From Oopsacas minuta (taxonomy: Eukaryota; Animalia; Porifera), in the NCBI GenBank assembly GCA_024704765.1, contig JAKMXF010000166.1, positions 646,743-710,742 on the forward strand: 64,000 bases of DNA. Reading direction: 5' to 3'. Made by a program: the position numbers and the translations under genes. Of the stretch, positions 23,717 to 36,760 are shown in pieces (position 1 is the stretch's first letter; each line of letters starts with the position of its first letter). Under the pieces are notes generated by a model. It worked only from the letters and a program-made list of their open reading frames with translations, was not told where the DNA came from and did no database searches.

Positions 23717-26406
23717 GATCTACTTCTAGAAGTAAATTTTCCTGAAAGATTTATGTATACCTCACAAATGCATAGAGAGGATTTCTTCCAGCCCTCATTA
23801 GCTCGCTATACTCATATAACAGTCCGTAATGTATCAGATAACGATTACTTACATTGAAGAGAAGATCTGTATTCCCTTGGTACAAACATTCACACGCAAT
23901 AAACTAAAATATCTGTTCCATAAGTTAAATATAGTTAAACAGTAAAGATTTATAAGTCTTAAAGATAAGGAAAGATCAAAATATTGGTTAGCAATCATCA
24001 ATATCTATTATGATTGTTAATCTGGTTAGACTGCACTGAAATTTGTTAGAATATGGGAATCTCAAATATAATTAAAAGAAATTATTACCTTTATGTTCGG
24101 GGAGAGAGATAACATCGCTTTCAGTGTAAATAATTATTCCTTTGGGGAACACTAACACAGTTATCTGGTAGAAATCTGAAAGTATTTTGATATTCTGTTC
24201 CTAAAGTCTTCAATTTTTCATACAAATTTAACCTCTCACTGATTTGCGTTCTATAGATTGAAAATGTATACGGTTGTGACTGTCGTAAAATGTATAGGAT
24301 GGTATTCGTGATAAGGCACCTGAGTCTTGAATGATTGTTGATTGAAAAGCACTTGCATTTCTGGGCAAACACCAGTACAGTTTGTACAATGTCACTTTTT
24401 TCCATTTAACTTCAATATATGAATAAAAGTATCTTGTAATATTAAGACGAATATGTTAGAGAAATGATAGAGATATCACGTGGAGATTTTAATTGGTATT
24501 AATCTTGGGAAGCAACTGTCTTACAAATCGATTGAAATCCTTTTTATATGTAGGCAATTTCCAGACGTGCATTGCATACACAACGAATCTTTAACATATA
24601 CAACACGTCCTGGTATAAGTTTGAGTAGTCCTAGATGATACAATTTTAATAATATTTTAGAAAAGCTAAAGATTGATAAATGATAATAATGCAGACCAGA
24701 AATTGTAATTCATAATCATGCATTAATGTGATTTGAATTTCTTCTAATCATTTAATGCAAGAGTTTGGGATAAGTATTAACAATTTTCTTCCTCAAGGTC
24801 TGATTCCAGTGTTGAGAACGCCAATTCATCTTGATCAGAGTCTCCTAAATGAGATCCAGATTGATCTGTAATAAAATCAAATAATTTTAATAGTGTAGAA
24901 TCTGTTTGTTATGAATAAATAGAGTAAGGCTTTCAGATTGGTAGTTAACACTGGGAGAGTGGAAATTGTCGAGAGGCTATGGCTAGACCATCTACATAAT
25001 CAAGCCGCCCCGACCGATTTAAAATACTAAAATATATTCTTATGGATCTTAATCAGGGTGTAAAATACTATCCTGCGACCAATGGACAATTTCTTCTTGG
25101 ATCCAAGAAGACGGGTAACATTATTATTATACAAAAATACATAAATAAGTTCAAATTGAGTACTAACTAGACATAGCGAAAGCTTAATGCTTCGGTTACC
25201 TGAAGTGTTAGACAACTAAATTTCTTAATGCTTTTGGTCGCTATGCGACCAGGTATACTCGACACAACGTGCCTCGAAGTGAAAAGTTCGCGGAAATATT
25301 TATCATCACCCATGGTCAATCCATATTCTATTTAATGGCATTCTGTGGTAATAATGGGGCTGCTACATGGCTTGTGTTTAGAAATCTGGGCCCTTTGTAC
25401 CTAGAGTATAATGAATTTCTTAAAATCTCGAAATTCGAGAAATTTTGATGGTTTTGTACAGTCATGATGACGTAATAATCCCATGATGAGTTAGCATTTG
25501 GCCAAAATCGTGACGTCAGGAGACTTGGAATATTAAGGGGTACCTGTAATACAAATTTCTATTATGTATATTGGCTGATGATGTGAGTTTTCGAAATCCA
25601 AAAAGGTGACAATGACGTCTTAATTTCGTCATAGGTGTGAATATTTCTCCAAGATTCAAAATATCCGAGTCAGGCCCAAATACCCCTATATGCCAAAAAC
25701 CAGCCCTAGGGGCCTCCAGTTTCTTTAATCAATTCCGACCATACAAAAATATATATGTTCATACACACATACTTGCACATATTTATTGCGTTTCAATTGT
25801 ATAGATATATGTTGCTACAAAATCGTAGCAACATACGTTGCTATACACTTTGTATTAAAAACATTTACTGATACCAATAAGAAACCCATGTTTATACCTA
25901 TACATCCAGAGTTTTACAAAATGCTCATCATGGAATTATTACTTCATCATGACTACGAAAAATCAAAAATGTCCAAATTTCGAGAATTTTATGTAATATT
26001 GATAGCGTTACCCATAGCCTACTATGCATAAAGCCTCACATAACAATTGAAATATGGACCAGGGATGGGGTCCCCGATCCACTGTGAAAATAGTTGTTGC
26101 CTCATTTTATTGCCAAATATGGTCAAACCATAGCATTCTATACACTAAGGCAATGGCAGTCACAAATTTATATGGATCATGGACGCACTCATATATTCAA
26201 ATTTGTATAGTAACAATATTATTGCAGAGCAAGAAATATTCTATTTTCGTGAGACATAACAAAGTCTTAAGCCTAAAACTGGTTAGTAGTTAATTGGAAA
26301 CCCCTAATAGCTATTCTGACTAAGCCCACGAATCCCTATTAGTACTACTACAAAAATGCTAGTTAATGCTAGTTAGTGAGAGATTGTATAATTCCAAAAT
26401 ATATTA

Positions 26407-28567
26407 CACTGCTCAACAAAATTTTGTTGCATTTCTACCAACACTTGTTTTTATCTAATTTTGGGGCGCTGAATCCGAATCCGAACTTAGTTTTTTTCTG
26501 CAAGCTCTAGATTTTTTGCAAATCGAGATGTTTAATATTTTTTGCACAAAATTCAAATATTTTGTAAAAGTAACATGATTGGTCAAATGATGTTCTGCTT
26601 ACAGTTGAATAACTAGCCTCAAAACAAAAATAGGTGCCAAAAAACTTTTATGTTGCCAATAGAAATTGTATTTGTAGACAGATAGGCAACAAATGTTTAA
26701 AAAAATGTAAAAAAACAAGTTTTGCTGGTAATATGCATGTAAAAATTGATTTTTTTACAAAATGACATAGAAAAGAACGATGGCAATCTACAATAGTAAC
26801 TTAAAGCGATCAATGACAAGATGCAAAAAGATTCAAATATTCTACAACTCTGGACAAAATTTCCTCTTATAACTTCTGCGTTTGTACGCTTTGTGAGGAC
26901 AGTCACGTTTAATGCCCTAACAATAGTCTGCCATCATATGTCGGTCCCATCGACCTTGGTAGGTTCTTCCACTGTCATGAGATCCTGGTGGAAACGCTCT
27001 CCCTGTTCGTCACTGACAGCCCCAAGGTTTTCAGGGAATTTGTCCAGGTGGCTGTACATAAAATGTACTTTTATGCTCATGTTGCATCCTAAATCACGAA
27101 GCCCTGAGAGCATCTTGGATACAAGCATTTCATAATTTGGACCCTTTCTGTTACCAAGAAAGTTCTGTATAACATCCACAAAAGATAGCCATGCAGCTTT
27201 CTCCCTGACATTCATTTTCTGAATGAAGTTTTTGTCGCGAATAAGTGTACGTATCTATGGTCCATCAAACACTCCTGCTTTGATTTAACATATGACAAAG
27301 CAGGGAAAGTATACACAAGATGATGAAAGGATTCATTGCCAGGATTTAGGGCTTTAACGAACTGTTTCATGAGACCTAGCTTGATGCGCAGGGCGGAAAA
27401 ACAATTTTGTCTCTGCTTACGATCGGGTCGTGTGTTACGTTAGGCATGCCAGCTTGAAATGTTTCACGTAAGGGCCATTCCTTCTGTGTCCAATGTTTTT
27501 CACGTGCTCTGCTGTCCCACATGCTCAGATAACATGGAAATTTAGTGTATCCTTTTTGCTGACCTAGCAGAAAACTAACCATTTTGAGGTCAACACAAAT
27601 GATCCAGTTGTGATCATGATGTCGAGTAAATCCATAACAATTCTAATGTTATCATGCTGTTCCTTCAAGACAGTGGAGTGACCAACTGGGACAGCTCCAT
27701 AAACATTTCCATTGTGTAAAAGAACACACTTGAGGCTGCGCTTGGAACTGTCCATTAACAATCGTCATTTTCGTGGATCATATGAGGAGATACCCAGTTG
27801 TCCGAGAAGACCAGGAATATCGTTGCAATATACCAGCTTATTTTCCCTTGAAAAATAGGGTAGAAGGAATTCTTCTCTTTTACGAAAAAAGGAAACGTTT
27901 ACAGTTCGATCCAGCACCTGTTTTACTTTGAGCGTGGAGGCTAAGAGCTCAGCTGATTGTTTGGGCAGATCTAAATCACGTACTAAGTCATTCAATTCTG
28001 ATTGATTAAACTGCTGGTGGATAGTTACTCTGGTTTCACAAGAAGAATCTTCAGATTCTGATTCTGTGTCTATTTTTGATGTTCCATTTCTACGATCTCT
28101 TCCCTTTCCAATTCACTTTCGTCATCATCAGGAAAAGCAAAACCACTAAAGATCGGAGGAGGAAGTCTATCAGAGTGCGGGGCAGGTCGTATAGCTGATA
28201 GTATACTAGGATGACAAAAGCACAAACAAATAGCCTTAACTTTGAAAACCTGTTGAGCAATCAGGCCTGCAAAATACTCATTTACCACGTGCTCATCCTT
28301 CAGCTATGATTAACAACTGTTGACAATGGATCCAGATGATGCATACAAAAAGAAAAATGGCTTAATAGATAAAAAAGTATTTGGTGGAGATCAGAATTAT
28401 GTACTAAATAAGTACCACAAACGAAAAAATTTAAATTGTCGATTGCATGAAAACTAGAGCATGCAGAAAGAAACTGATTGCAGATTTGAAATCAGCATAC
28501 CAAAATTATATAGAATCAGTTAAAAAATCTCATGCAACAAAAAATGAAAAAAAATTGTTGAGCAGTG
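26407..28567 (-). mobile_element. Chapaev3-type (CMC) transposon with a frameshifted transposase
   Basis: TIR CACTGCTCAACAA and 3-bp TSD TTA on both sides. Fragments DLPKQSAELLAS, MDSSKRSLKCVLLHNGN, GQQKGYTKFPC, HLDKFPENLGAVSDEQGERFHQD. Confidence 0.85.
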
Positions 28568-28669
28568 TTATCAAAGAGAAGTACAAACAAATCATAGTAT
28601 CTAACTGATTCTAACACAATGAGCTAATATCTTAAATACTACTTTTGATATATAGAAGATGGATATTTT

Positions 28670-28712
<43 letters not shown>

Positions 28713-28740
28713 TAGATAGATAGATAGATTAGATAGATAG
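28670..28740. repeat. (GATA)n microsatellite
   Basis: Direct reading of the sequence. Confidence 0.97.
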
Positions 28741-28769
28741 ACCACTACACTCTTCACATAGCTAAGTTT

Positions 28770-29663
28770 GTAGATTTGAAAGTCAGTGATAAAGCTAAAA
28801 GAATTCACAAATAAATTAGTTCTTATATTGTTTAAGCTTAGCGTTGTTATTACTTGATACTGACACATTAAATGTTTTAACCTTGTTAGGAAGAATGCAA
28901 TTAGAAAGAGTTCTTTCTGTGATGCTGAAAACATGTTATTGTCCAAATGGACGAATTCATGTGAAATCGAATATTTCATACATTGGTGGTAGGATATACG
29001 GGGCTAGTTCTATTTGTCGAATATCGCTCATTGAGGTTAGCGAAAGCAATCAGGGTTCTCCATTACAATAAGCTCTAACAGATAGTTCGGAATGTACTAT
29101 CAAGTACATATTTACAAGGATATCACTATTTATAAGACTAGGGTGCATAAAAACAATACTATTTGGCTCAGGATGCGATAATGACCATATTTTAGACAAG
29201 GAAAGCAGAGGTAATTTGTCTGAAATATCAGAAAAACGGCTAATTTTGAACTTATCGATCTCTTCAGCTTCTGATTTCAAGCAAAGTGTCAAAGTTTGGT
29301 TGAATAGTTAATCTTCTCGAGATTCTAGAGAACGCCTGCGTTAGTATTAGATTAGTAGTATTATGGACAACCTGGTAGAAACGCTGGTACAGCACCATCT
29401 TTCAGCTTGAGGATGACTCGAGGGATTTCACGAAAGGTTCCTTCTCCATTTGGAACTTTGTGACTATATTCTACATCCTCTCAGCGAAAATGTTTAACAC
29501 AAGTATAAAATACTTCAATTAATCTAAATCATCACTCCGAAGAGCCCTAATCCAAGAATGTCTGAGTTCAGGTGGTTTATTAGGTAATTTGAATACAAAT
29601 ACAGTTTCGTGAGTAGATTTGTAGTTGCTTTTGCGCCCAGGAGCGGAGCGAGCAATTAGGCAT
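28770..29663 (-). pseudogene. THAP zinc-finger transposase N-terminal relic (THAP9/P-element-like)
   Basis: Manual translation across frameshifts: MPN.C..PG.KSNY...FKLPNKPPELRHSWIRAL...CVKHF...LKLKDGAVPAFLPGCP, matching the THAP C2CH core plus AVP box. Confidence 0.75.
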
Positions 29664-30120
29664 TATTGATAGCACTCAACAGTGGTAAAATGCTAAACTA
29701 TGCAGAAAAAAGTTGATAAATAAATAAAATACGGTTAATACATGCACAAACACAAGATAAAAAAGATCCAAGAGTGACAGAATTCGAACAGCAACTGAGT
29801 ATATGAATATCTATAGGTAGGACAACAGAATAATTGTTTCGAATTTATTTATATATCAAAATGAATTTTCAATTGATTTGGTTAGATAAACTAAATATTT
29901 AACCTTGTGGTTCATTAATAATCCAACCTGTAACTGCATCCATGGTCCGAATTTCTCTTAAAGATATGTAGTATTATTTTTGGTAGACTAAGTTTGACCA
30001 TATTTGTCAATAAAATGAAGAAATCACCATTTTCAGAGTAGATGGGGACGCCACCCCTGGTCCATATTTCAATTGTTACTGTGAGGCTTTATGTATAGTA
30101 GGCTATGCATTAGTTTAAAT

Positions 30121-32074
30121 TAAGGTTTTGCAAAAACATGAATTGTTTCAAATCATTCTCGGTTTTGGATATGTGGTTTGAGATTTTGAGATATGCATAG
30201 GATCAACGTTCAAATCATTCGTGCGAGACTTAAGTCTCCCAAGAATTGTGAAATTTTCTATGGGAATGGATGCATATATTTTGGTTAGTGTACAGTCGTA
30301 GGGTCGTAAAAGAAAAGGTGAATATTCTTCTTAGTGCCCTATTCGTAATTAGTGTAAAAAGTTATTCGGAGAATATAATTTGAGTCGAAAGTCAAAAGTG
30401 AGTTCACAGTCGCTTTTGGAAGGTCATTGTTCGAATTGTGAGTCTTTAAGCCTGGAGTTGGAATTGTTTCTTCAACCATTTCAGTAGCAGGCTTGTCAAA
30501 AGGTCCTAAGTAGCAGGTCAGTCCAGGTCTATTAAATAATATGTGAGGTCAGATCACGTCAGATCATCGTGAAATATATTTAATACAGGTCAGGTCAGTC
30601 CAGTTCAGGTCTCAAGATTAATCAGGTCAATTTCAGGTCAATGTCAGTGATTTAACAATTAATTGAGCGCAATTAATCAAGTTAGGACTAGAGAAACCAT
30701 TCACTAAGGAATGAATGGCTATACTGCTGAGTACTGATTTTGACGAGAGCCTATTACATTGAAGATATATCATTTTCGAAACTTGTTGACCGTATTGGAA
30801 GTAATTTAATTCAATTTAAGAGTGAATTAAGTGACGGGATTAGCAAGGTAAGATTGTTATAAAAGAAAGAATACCGTAAACTTCTGAAGCCTGAAAATGA
30901 GCCGAATACACTCTGAATGACCTGCAAATGACCTGAAAATTAACTGACATTTGAAAAGCTAGTTCAGTAGATATTGCTTTATGAACTTCAAAATAGTATG
31001 AAATATTCAATTCTTTGGTGTAGGGTGGTACATTACTGTCTGTTCTCTAGACTTTGTAAAGTGTGACCTTATTGGTTTCATAATACTCCCAAAACTGAAT
31101 ACTTTGGTTTAGAGGTGAATATTTTCGGAAAAACAATGCAAATGACTCTCATGTATCGACCTTATTCATAGTTTTTCCGTATTTGTACCATTTTTGAAGT
31201 TCACGAAGCAATATATTTACTGAAATGGTCGATAAATCAATTCCAACTGACCCTCCTTTTTAGCCTGAATACGAATAACGGACTAAAAAGAATTGAGTAA
31301 TAGATATTCTTCCAGTAGTTATTGTAATATCAGTAGATATATATATTCCTTCAAGAACTTCAAAGATTCTACCAAAATTCAAATCTATAGAGTAGGGTGG
31401 TACATTATTGTCTGTTCTCTAAACTTTGTTAAGTGTGATCTCAAATTGTTTGCAAAACACACGTAAACTGGATTTTTTGGCATAGTATGGAAATGACCCT
31501 AATGTATCGACCTAATACCAAGGTTCTTTACTTTGGACCATCATTGGAGTTCTTGAAGCAATAATATATCTCCCGAAAAGGTGAGAAAATACATTCCAAC
31601 TGACCCTAATACAGGCTGAAAAATGACATTTCACACCTTCTGTGGACACAGTTTCTATGTTTTCGAAACAATCAAAATAATCTCTTTGTATAACTTTTTA
31701 CGCTATATTAATAAATAAAATTAATCATGGCTGTATCAACTCATATAGAGTTGGAAAAAGTCAACTTTATTTTTGAATGAGTTGAATTGGTTGGTAGACA
31801 AAAAGGAGTTGATTTTGCCAACTCAAAATGAGTTGATACAGCCTAGCAGTGAGTCCGAATTATGCACTAAGAGTAATATCTCATTGTTTCTTTCGGGCTG
31901 GTACATTGGCCACAATATATTCATTCCTTCCGATAGGAATTACAAAATTTTTTGGGAGACCTTAGAGTATCCCCTTAATGGTTGAGTTTGAACCTATTAG
32001 CACATCTAAAAACGTCAAACAACATATCCAAAACCGAGAATGATCTGAATCAATCATGTTTTTGCGCCACCCTA
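30121..32074. mobile_element. non-autonomous TIR element, about 1.95 kb, with an internal ~200-bp direct duplication
   Basis: ~75-bp imperfect TIR containing GCAAAAACATG and TCATTCTCGGTTTTGGATATG. Internal repeats at about 31010-31260 and 31390-31610. Confidence 0.6.
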
Positions 32075-32262
32075 GCTATATATATATATCGAAATTTCCA
32101 ATAAAAATTCATTAACCAGGGGATTAATGTAGCTTGAACCGGCCAACTCTGATTCATAATGTAATGCTTAGTATTCATTTGGGTTTTTCTATCCATTTAG
32201 CAATTTAACAATTAATTAATGCTTATCCTTATTTGTGTACACTCTCAGAATAGCTCATTCTT

Positions 32263-34503
32263 ATGCGAAAATCAAATATCCGGAAATATTGTTCTACTAT
32301 CTGTTTTTCTATTTTATTTTTTATCGCTCTCCTACACATTACTGGATTTCTAAAGCAAATTGAACTATCACCTTATGAGACAGATTTCCGTGGTTCTATA
32401 TCTATTGATGTCAACCTACGCTTAAAAGACAGCGATTCCAATTTTCAACCTTCACAGTTAGAACATGATCCAAACATTTCTTCCAATGCAGCAATATTTG
32501 TGCTCGTAAATTCAACAAAGAGACTTTCTGTTGTGGGTCCAGATAATACAGAGAAACCTAGGATTTCATTGGATATCATTGAAGAAATTGATGTGTTTCC
32601 TCATTCTGTATTCTCTGAAAACCTCCCACATGTTTTTCCAACCGAAATACCTGCAGATGACCTATTTGATCCAAATATTTTAATGATCAGAGAAAAGGTC
32701 GTGAAGATTATACGAAGTTCTGATTACAAGGAAGAATTTATTAACCCTCATGCTGTGTATACTGCCTTAAAAGATGACTTTGGTATGCCAAGAATTACTC
32801 AGGAAATGCTAGGGAGAATGAATGTTTATGTTTGGTGGGAATTTTGTTCCCTGTATGTTGAAGCACTTAGGGGCCTTGCTGGTTTTCCCTATAATCCACC
32901 AACTAAGTTGTATACTGATAAATTATTTATCTCTCGGGGTGTGCAAGCCTATGGTCAACGTATATTTGGTTATATAATTCCACCTCGAACTGGTTTATAT
33001 CGTTTCGCCATTTCATCTGATGATTGCTCTGAATTATGGCTGTCGTATGATCATGACCCGCGTCATGCCGAGAAAATAGCATATTTAGGTTTTTATGGTC
33101 AAAATATGATGAAGTTGTGGGCGTCCACAGGCGAATACACCAAAGACCAGAATCAGCAATCCCTTTTAACGCGTTTAATCCAAGGAAAACCGTATTATAT
33201 GGAGATTTTACACGTGAATAGCGCAGGCGATGATCATGTAGAAGTAGCTTGGTTGATCCCTGGTCACGCTGATTACGAAGTGATCTCCAGTACGCACATT
33301 GCTTCTTTCATTCTTGACCCTGAGGATAGAATTGTTCCCGAAACATACCATCCAAAATTCGCACTCCCGATGCATAATGAACAATTAGTCACAACAGAAC
33401 AAGGTCTTGATGAAAGAGTTGAACTCTATAGATTCCCTTTCTTCTCTCAGAAGTTAATTGCTGGAATATTTTCTCCATGCGAATATTCCCCTAGTTTTGC
33501 TGTTCCTCACGAAATAAAACGATATATGGGTGTATATGAGGTGAAGCATTTGAATGTATTCCCAAGTGATCATACGGATGTGATGAACGTTGATGATAAG
33601 AGCTATGGCAATCCAGTTATTGAAGAAATGGAAGTGAATATTATAATGGAAATATTTTTGAGGAAATTAAAAGAACATCTTCCCAAGATGAAGTTTATAA
33701 GTTTGGTAAATTTTGAAAAGTCTGAAGACCCAGCCAAAGGGATACGATATTTAATTGAATGCAAAGTTAATATGAATTCATCACAAGTCTATCGTATTTC
33801 ACAATACCTTTATCGTAAGAATGATGACCTTGATAATCTCTGTTATCCTATTGGTCTTAAATGGGATCACCAAGCATTTGTTCATATTGTTATTACAGTG
33901 AAGAATCAAGGGAGATGGATCAGAATATTTGTAGAAAATATGGAGAAAATACAAGAACATACCCAAGATAACTTTTTTGGAATAATTTTGATTGATTTTG
34001 ATAGTACTGATATCGATTTAGAAATACTCCTTCGCCAAAGTAAACTTAAACATTGGATATTATTGAGGATGGCTGGAAGTTTTATCAAAGTACAAGCACA
34101 AAACGCCGCTATTGATATAGTGAAGGACAGAAATGAAATCGTTTTTACATGTGATTTACATCTGGATATTCCTATTAACTTAATTGAGACAATCCGTAAA
34201 CACACCTTTAAAGGGCGGTCTGGTTATGCACCTGTTTTGACAAGACTTCAATGTGGCCACACAATACAAAATCCGCTTGGATTTTGGGAAGTTCATGGTT
34301 ATGGCTTGTTCTCCTTTTTTAAGCCAGATTGGGTGGCAATTTCTGGTATGAATACTGAAGATTATTCTGATTCTTGGGGTGGGGAAGATTGGGACCTTGT
34401 TGATAGGGTTCTATCTCATGGTTACGAAATTGAGCGATTAAAACATAAAAATCTTTATCATTTCTATCATTCCAGACATGGTATGTGGAATAACAACAGA
34501 TAG
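32263..34503 (+). CDS. B4GALNT3/4-like: PA14-domain beta-1,4-N-acetylgalactosaminyltransferase (LacdiNAc synthase-like), type II membrane protein, single exon, 746 aa
   Basis: N-terminal TM segment (STICFSILFFIALLHI), PA14 signature GQRIFGYIIPPRTGLYRFAISSDDCSELWLS, and GT7/CHGN catalytic region with IILIDFDSTD, FTCDLHLD, PLGFWEVHGYG and WGGEDWDLVDRV. Confidence 0.93.
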   Translation: MRKSNIRKYCSTICFSILFFIALLHITGFLKQIELSPYETDFRGSISIDVNLRLKDSDSNFQPSQLEHDPNISSNAAIFVLVNSTKRLSVVGPDNTEKPRISLDIIEEIDVFPHSVFSENLPHVFPTEIPADDLFDPNILMIREKVVKIIRSSDYKEEFINPHAVYTALKDDFGMPRITQEMLGRMNVYVWWEFCSLYVEALRGLAGFPYNPPTKLYTDKLFISRGVQAYGQRIFGYIIPPRTGLYRFAISSDDCSELWLSYDHDPRHAEKIAYLGFYGQNMMKLWASTGEYTKDQNQQSLLTRLIQGKPYYMEILHVNSAGDDHVEVAWLIPGHADYEVISSTHIASFILDPEDRIVPETYHPKFALPMHNEQLVTTEQGLDERVELYRFPFFSQKLIAGIFSPCEYSPSFAVPHEIKRYMGVYEVKHLNVFPSDHTDVMNVDDKSYGNPVIEEMEVNIIMEIFLRKLKEHLPKMKFISLVNFEKSEDPAKGIRYLIECKVNMNSSQVYRISQYLYRKNDDLDNLCYPIGLKWDHQAFVHIVITVKNQGRWIRIFVENMEKIQEHTQDNFFGIILIDFDSTDIDLEILLRQSKLKHWILLRMAGSFIKVQAQNAAIDIVKDRNEIVFTCDLHLDIPINLIETIRKHTFKGRSGYAPVLTRLQCGHTIQNPLGFWEVHGYGLFSFFKPDWVAISGMNTEDYSDSWGGEDWDLVDRVLSHGYEIERLKHKNLYHFYHSRHGMWNNNR

Positions 34504-34893
34504 ATTTTCTTCCAAGTATTATGGCATTCATTTATCTATAATCAATGAACCTCTACTCACTTATCAAATTTGCCAATAAATTTCTTGCATCTTTTTATAA
34601 GATATTTAGAATATTTATATATACTTGATCTCTAGTAATTATTTAATTCTATGGTAGCATGACTTTTTTTATTGTACGGTACCTTCCGGAATTGTCCACC
34701 TAAGCTTAGCCAATCAGGGGAGTAGCCAGCGCAGCCTCTCACTCCTGGTTGGGCAAAATTAGAAAGAGGTTCTCAATGACTTTCTAGCCCAGAGCCTTGA
34801 TATATCCATTTATATATTGTTCATTCACTAAGTCCCCTTTATTTCTACTTTCAATCAAGGCAGAAATCTAATCAAATGTATCATAATCTATAT

Positions 34894-36760
34894 GTGTTTC
34901 TCAACCTTTTTCACTCACTGACTAAACATACTATAACAATTTGGATCACACATTACTTTGTTTATGTATCAATTTTAATAGTAGATGGAGCATTAAAATT
35001 CATTAACAGTTATTTTATTAATTCTGATGTTCCTGATTAGTGGGATTTCTGAAATTGGTACTCACCAACAAGTTTTACCACACCTGGTTCAAGTTTAGTT
35101 AACGCTAAACGTAGATCGCCTGATTTCGTGATTTGCAATCTATTTAGCTGTTTGGTTTCTAGCCTCAGTACTGCGCGAAGACCCTTCTCAACTAAGAAGG
35201 AACTAGGGAATGCAAGAATTAGAGCTTCGTCCCTAGCATAATAAGGGCATACGCAAAATATTCTTCGTTTGAACCCAGAAAGCTCGAATAACAAGTTGAT
35301 TAAATCTATTCGAGCTTCGATGTCTGCAACTCAACTAGCTGCTCTTGAATTTCTAACTCGACCATCTGTAGGTCTGTAAAAATGGGTTCATTACCTAATC
35401 TGGTCCGGTTAGTTAGATTAAATCCTTAAATCGGATTTGCACATTTTCACACATTGATTTTAGTTACGAAGCATATGTACGTAGTTGTCCATCAGTAATA
35501 ATAGGAAATGCTTGCAGAGAAGGGAACTTGTAAAACTCTCCTTGACAGATATTCTTATACCAAGCTAGTTTGCTTATGAAAATTACAACGACTAACTTCG
35601 TTTTGATTTAATTAACATCTTGGCCTTGATGTTGTAGATTTAACTTAAAAAATGTCACTAAGGAAATCGATATCATGCTTTCTTATTTTGATTTCGTCCC
35701 ACAGTTCGGGATTAAAACAATCCAGAAACTGGACTTTGGTATCAAATAATTCACTGAACCGTTTTAAGCAGTTTCGCTTTGACAACCATCTGACTTCTTT
35801 GTGAAGGAGAAGCCGTTCGAAATGTTCATCATTCATGACCAAGCTGTCGAAAGAGACGATCTTTTAGTGCTCGTGTTTTGATACTGTTGATTGCGGTGAT
35901 GACTACTTGTAGTGAGGAATTTAGCTGATCAATCAAGCTTCTTGGCTACCAAGTGTTGACGGTGTATTACACAATGCATGAAATTTCATTTTATTGTGCC
36001 TCCAATTACTAGCGCCACTTTAAACAAATTAACCAATAGACTAAGTTATAGTCACAGATTGTAATTAAATATTTTATGCTCCAACCCTCGCAGTTTGTTG
36101 CGAAATTAAATACAAACATTATAATATAGTCCAAATTTCGAAATCTAAAAAATTGAAAATTTTGCTTTGTCATCACGCCCACCATGGTGATGTCATGGTT
36201 AGGGTGGCCAATGGGTCCGTGCTAACATCTCTACAATTCATAAATTGTAAGTAATAACCTATCTCTTATAAAAACGGAGTTATGAGCATTCTAATATTCC
36301 ATGACGTCATGCTGACTTAGCAAAAATTTATATCTAATTCTTAGATAAATAATGAATATATAGTTTTCAATAAAATATTTATAAATGCGACATTTAAATT
36401 ACTCAGAGCAAATAAAGATTGCGAAATCAGAACAATTGAATTCCAATTATGCGAAATTGCATACATGAAAGAGTTATGAAATTGTCTAGAAGTTAATACA
36501 ATTTCAATGAGAAATTAAAAGTGGCACAAAAGTGTCAGATCAAAATCGTATCCGAGGTGCAAATTTACATGTCACAATTTACCCATTGACAAATTTTCAC
36601 TCCTAATCATAAGCGTTGCTGGCTGTAGAGTGAACATGGAACAAAAAAACTTTCCACACAGATCAATACTGAGCCTTATACTAAAGTATAGTCGGCACAG
36701 TAAAATATATTCTCCTAGCGCCCCCTTAAGTTCCCCGAACGCCCCTGTTGAGAACCACTA
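34894..36760 (-). mobile_element. Buster/Charlie-type hAT, degenerate and partly deleted
   Basis: Ends GTGTTTCTCAACC / GTTGAGAACCACTA, 8-bp TSD ATCTATAT (nnnTAnnn). Fragments LLLHKEVRWLSK and FPSSFLVEKG...GDLRLALTKLEP. Confidence 0.8.

Larger units (their letters stand above)
26013..30107 (-). mobile_element. internally deleted THAP-encoding P/Galileo-like element with long TIRs, hosting a Chapaev3 insertion
   Basis: More than 110 bp of imperfect TIR beginning CATAGCCTACTAT(G/A)CATAAAGCCTCACA at both ends, with a THAP gene relic near the right end. No TSD found. Confidence 0.65.

Noticed and set aside
24000-25300. Possible decayed coding sequence (also 38100-38750, 54900-55300 and 56050-56500)
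   Set aside because: No motif could be recognised with confidence by manual translation; a profile search is needed.
26080-26086. CACTGTG as a Transib MITE end
   Set aside because: Homology with 29990-30107 runs through it; it is internal to the long TIR of the THAP element.
28632-28979. 115-aa ORF with LSIY repeats
   Set aside because: It arises from translation of the (GATA)n microsatellite plus the THAP relic tail.
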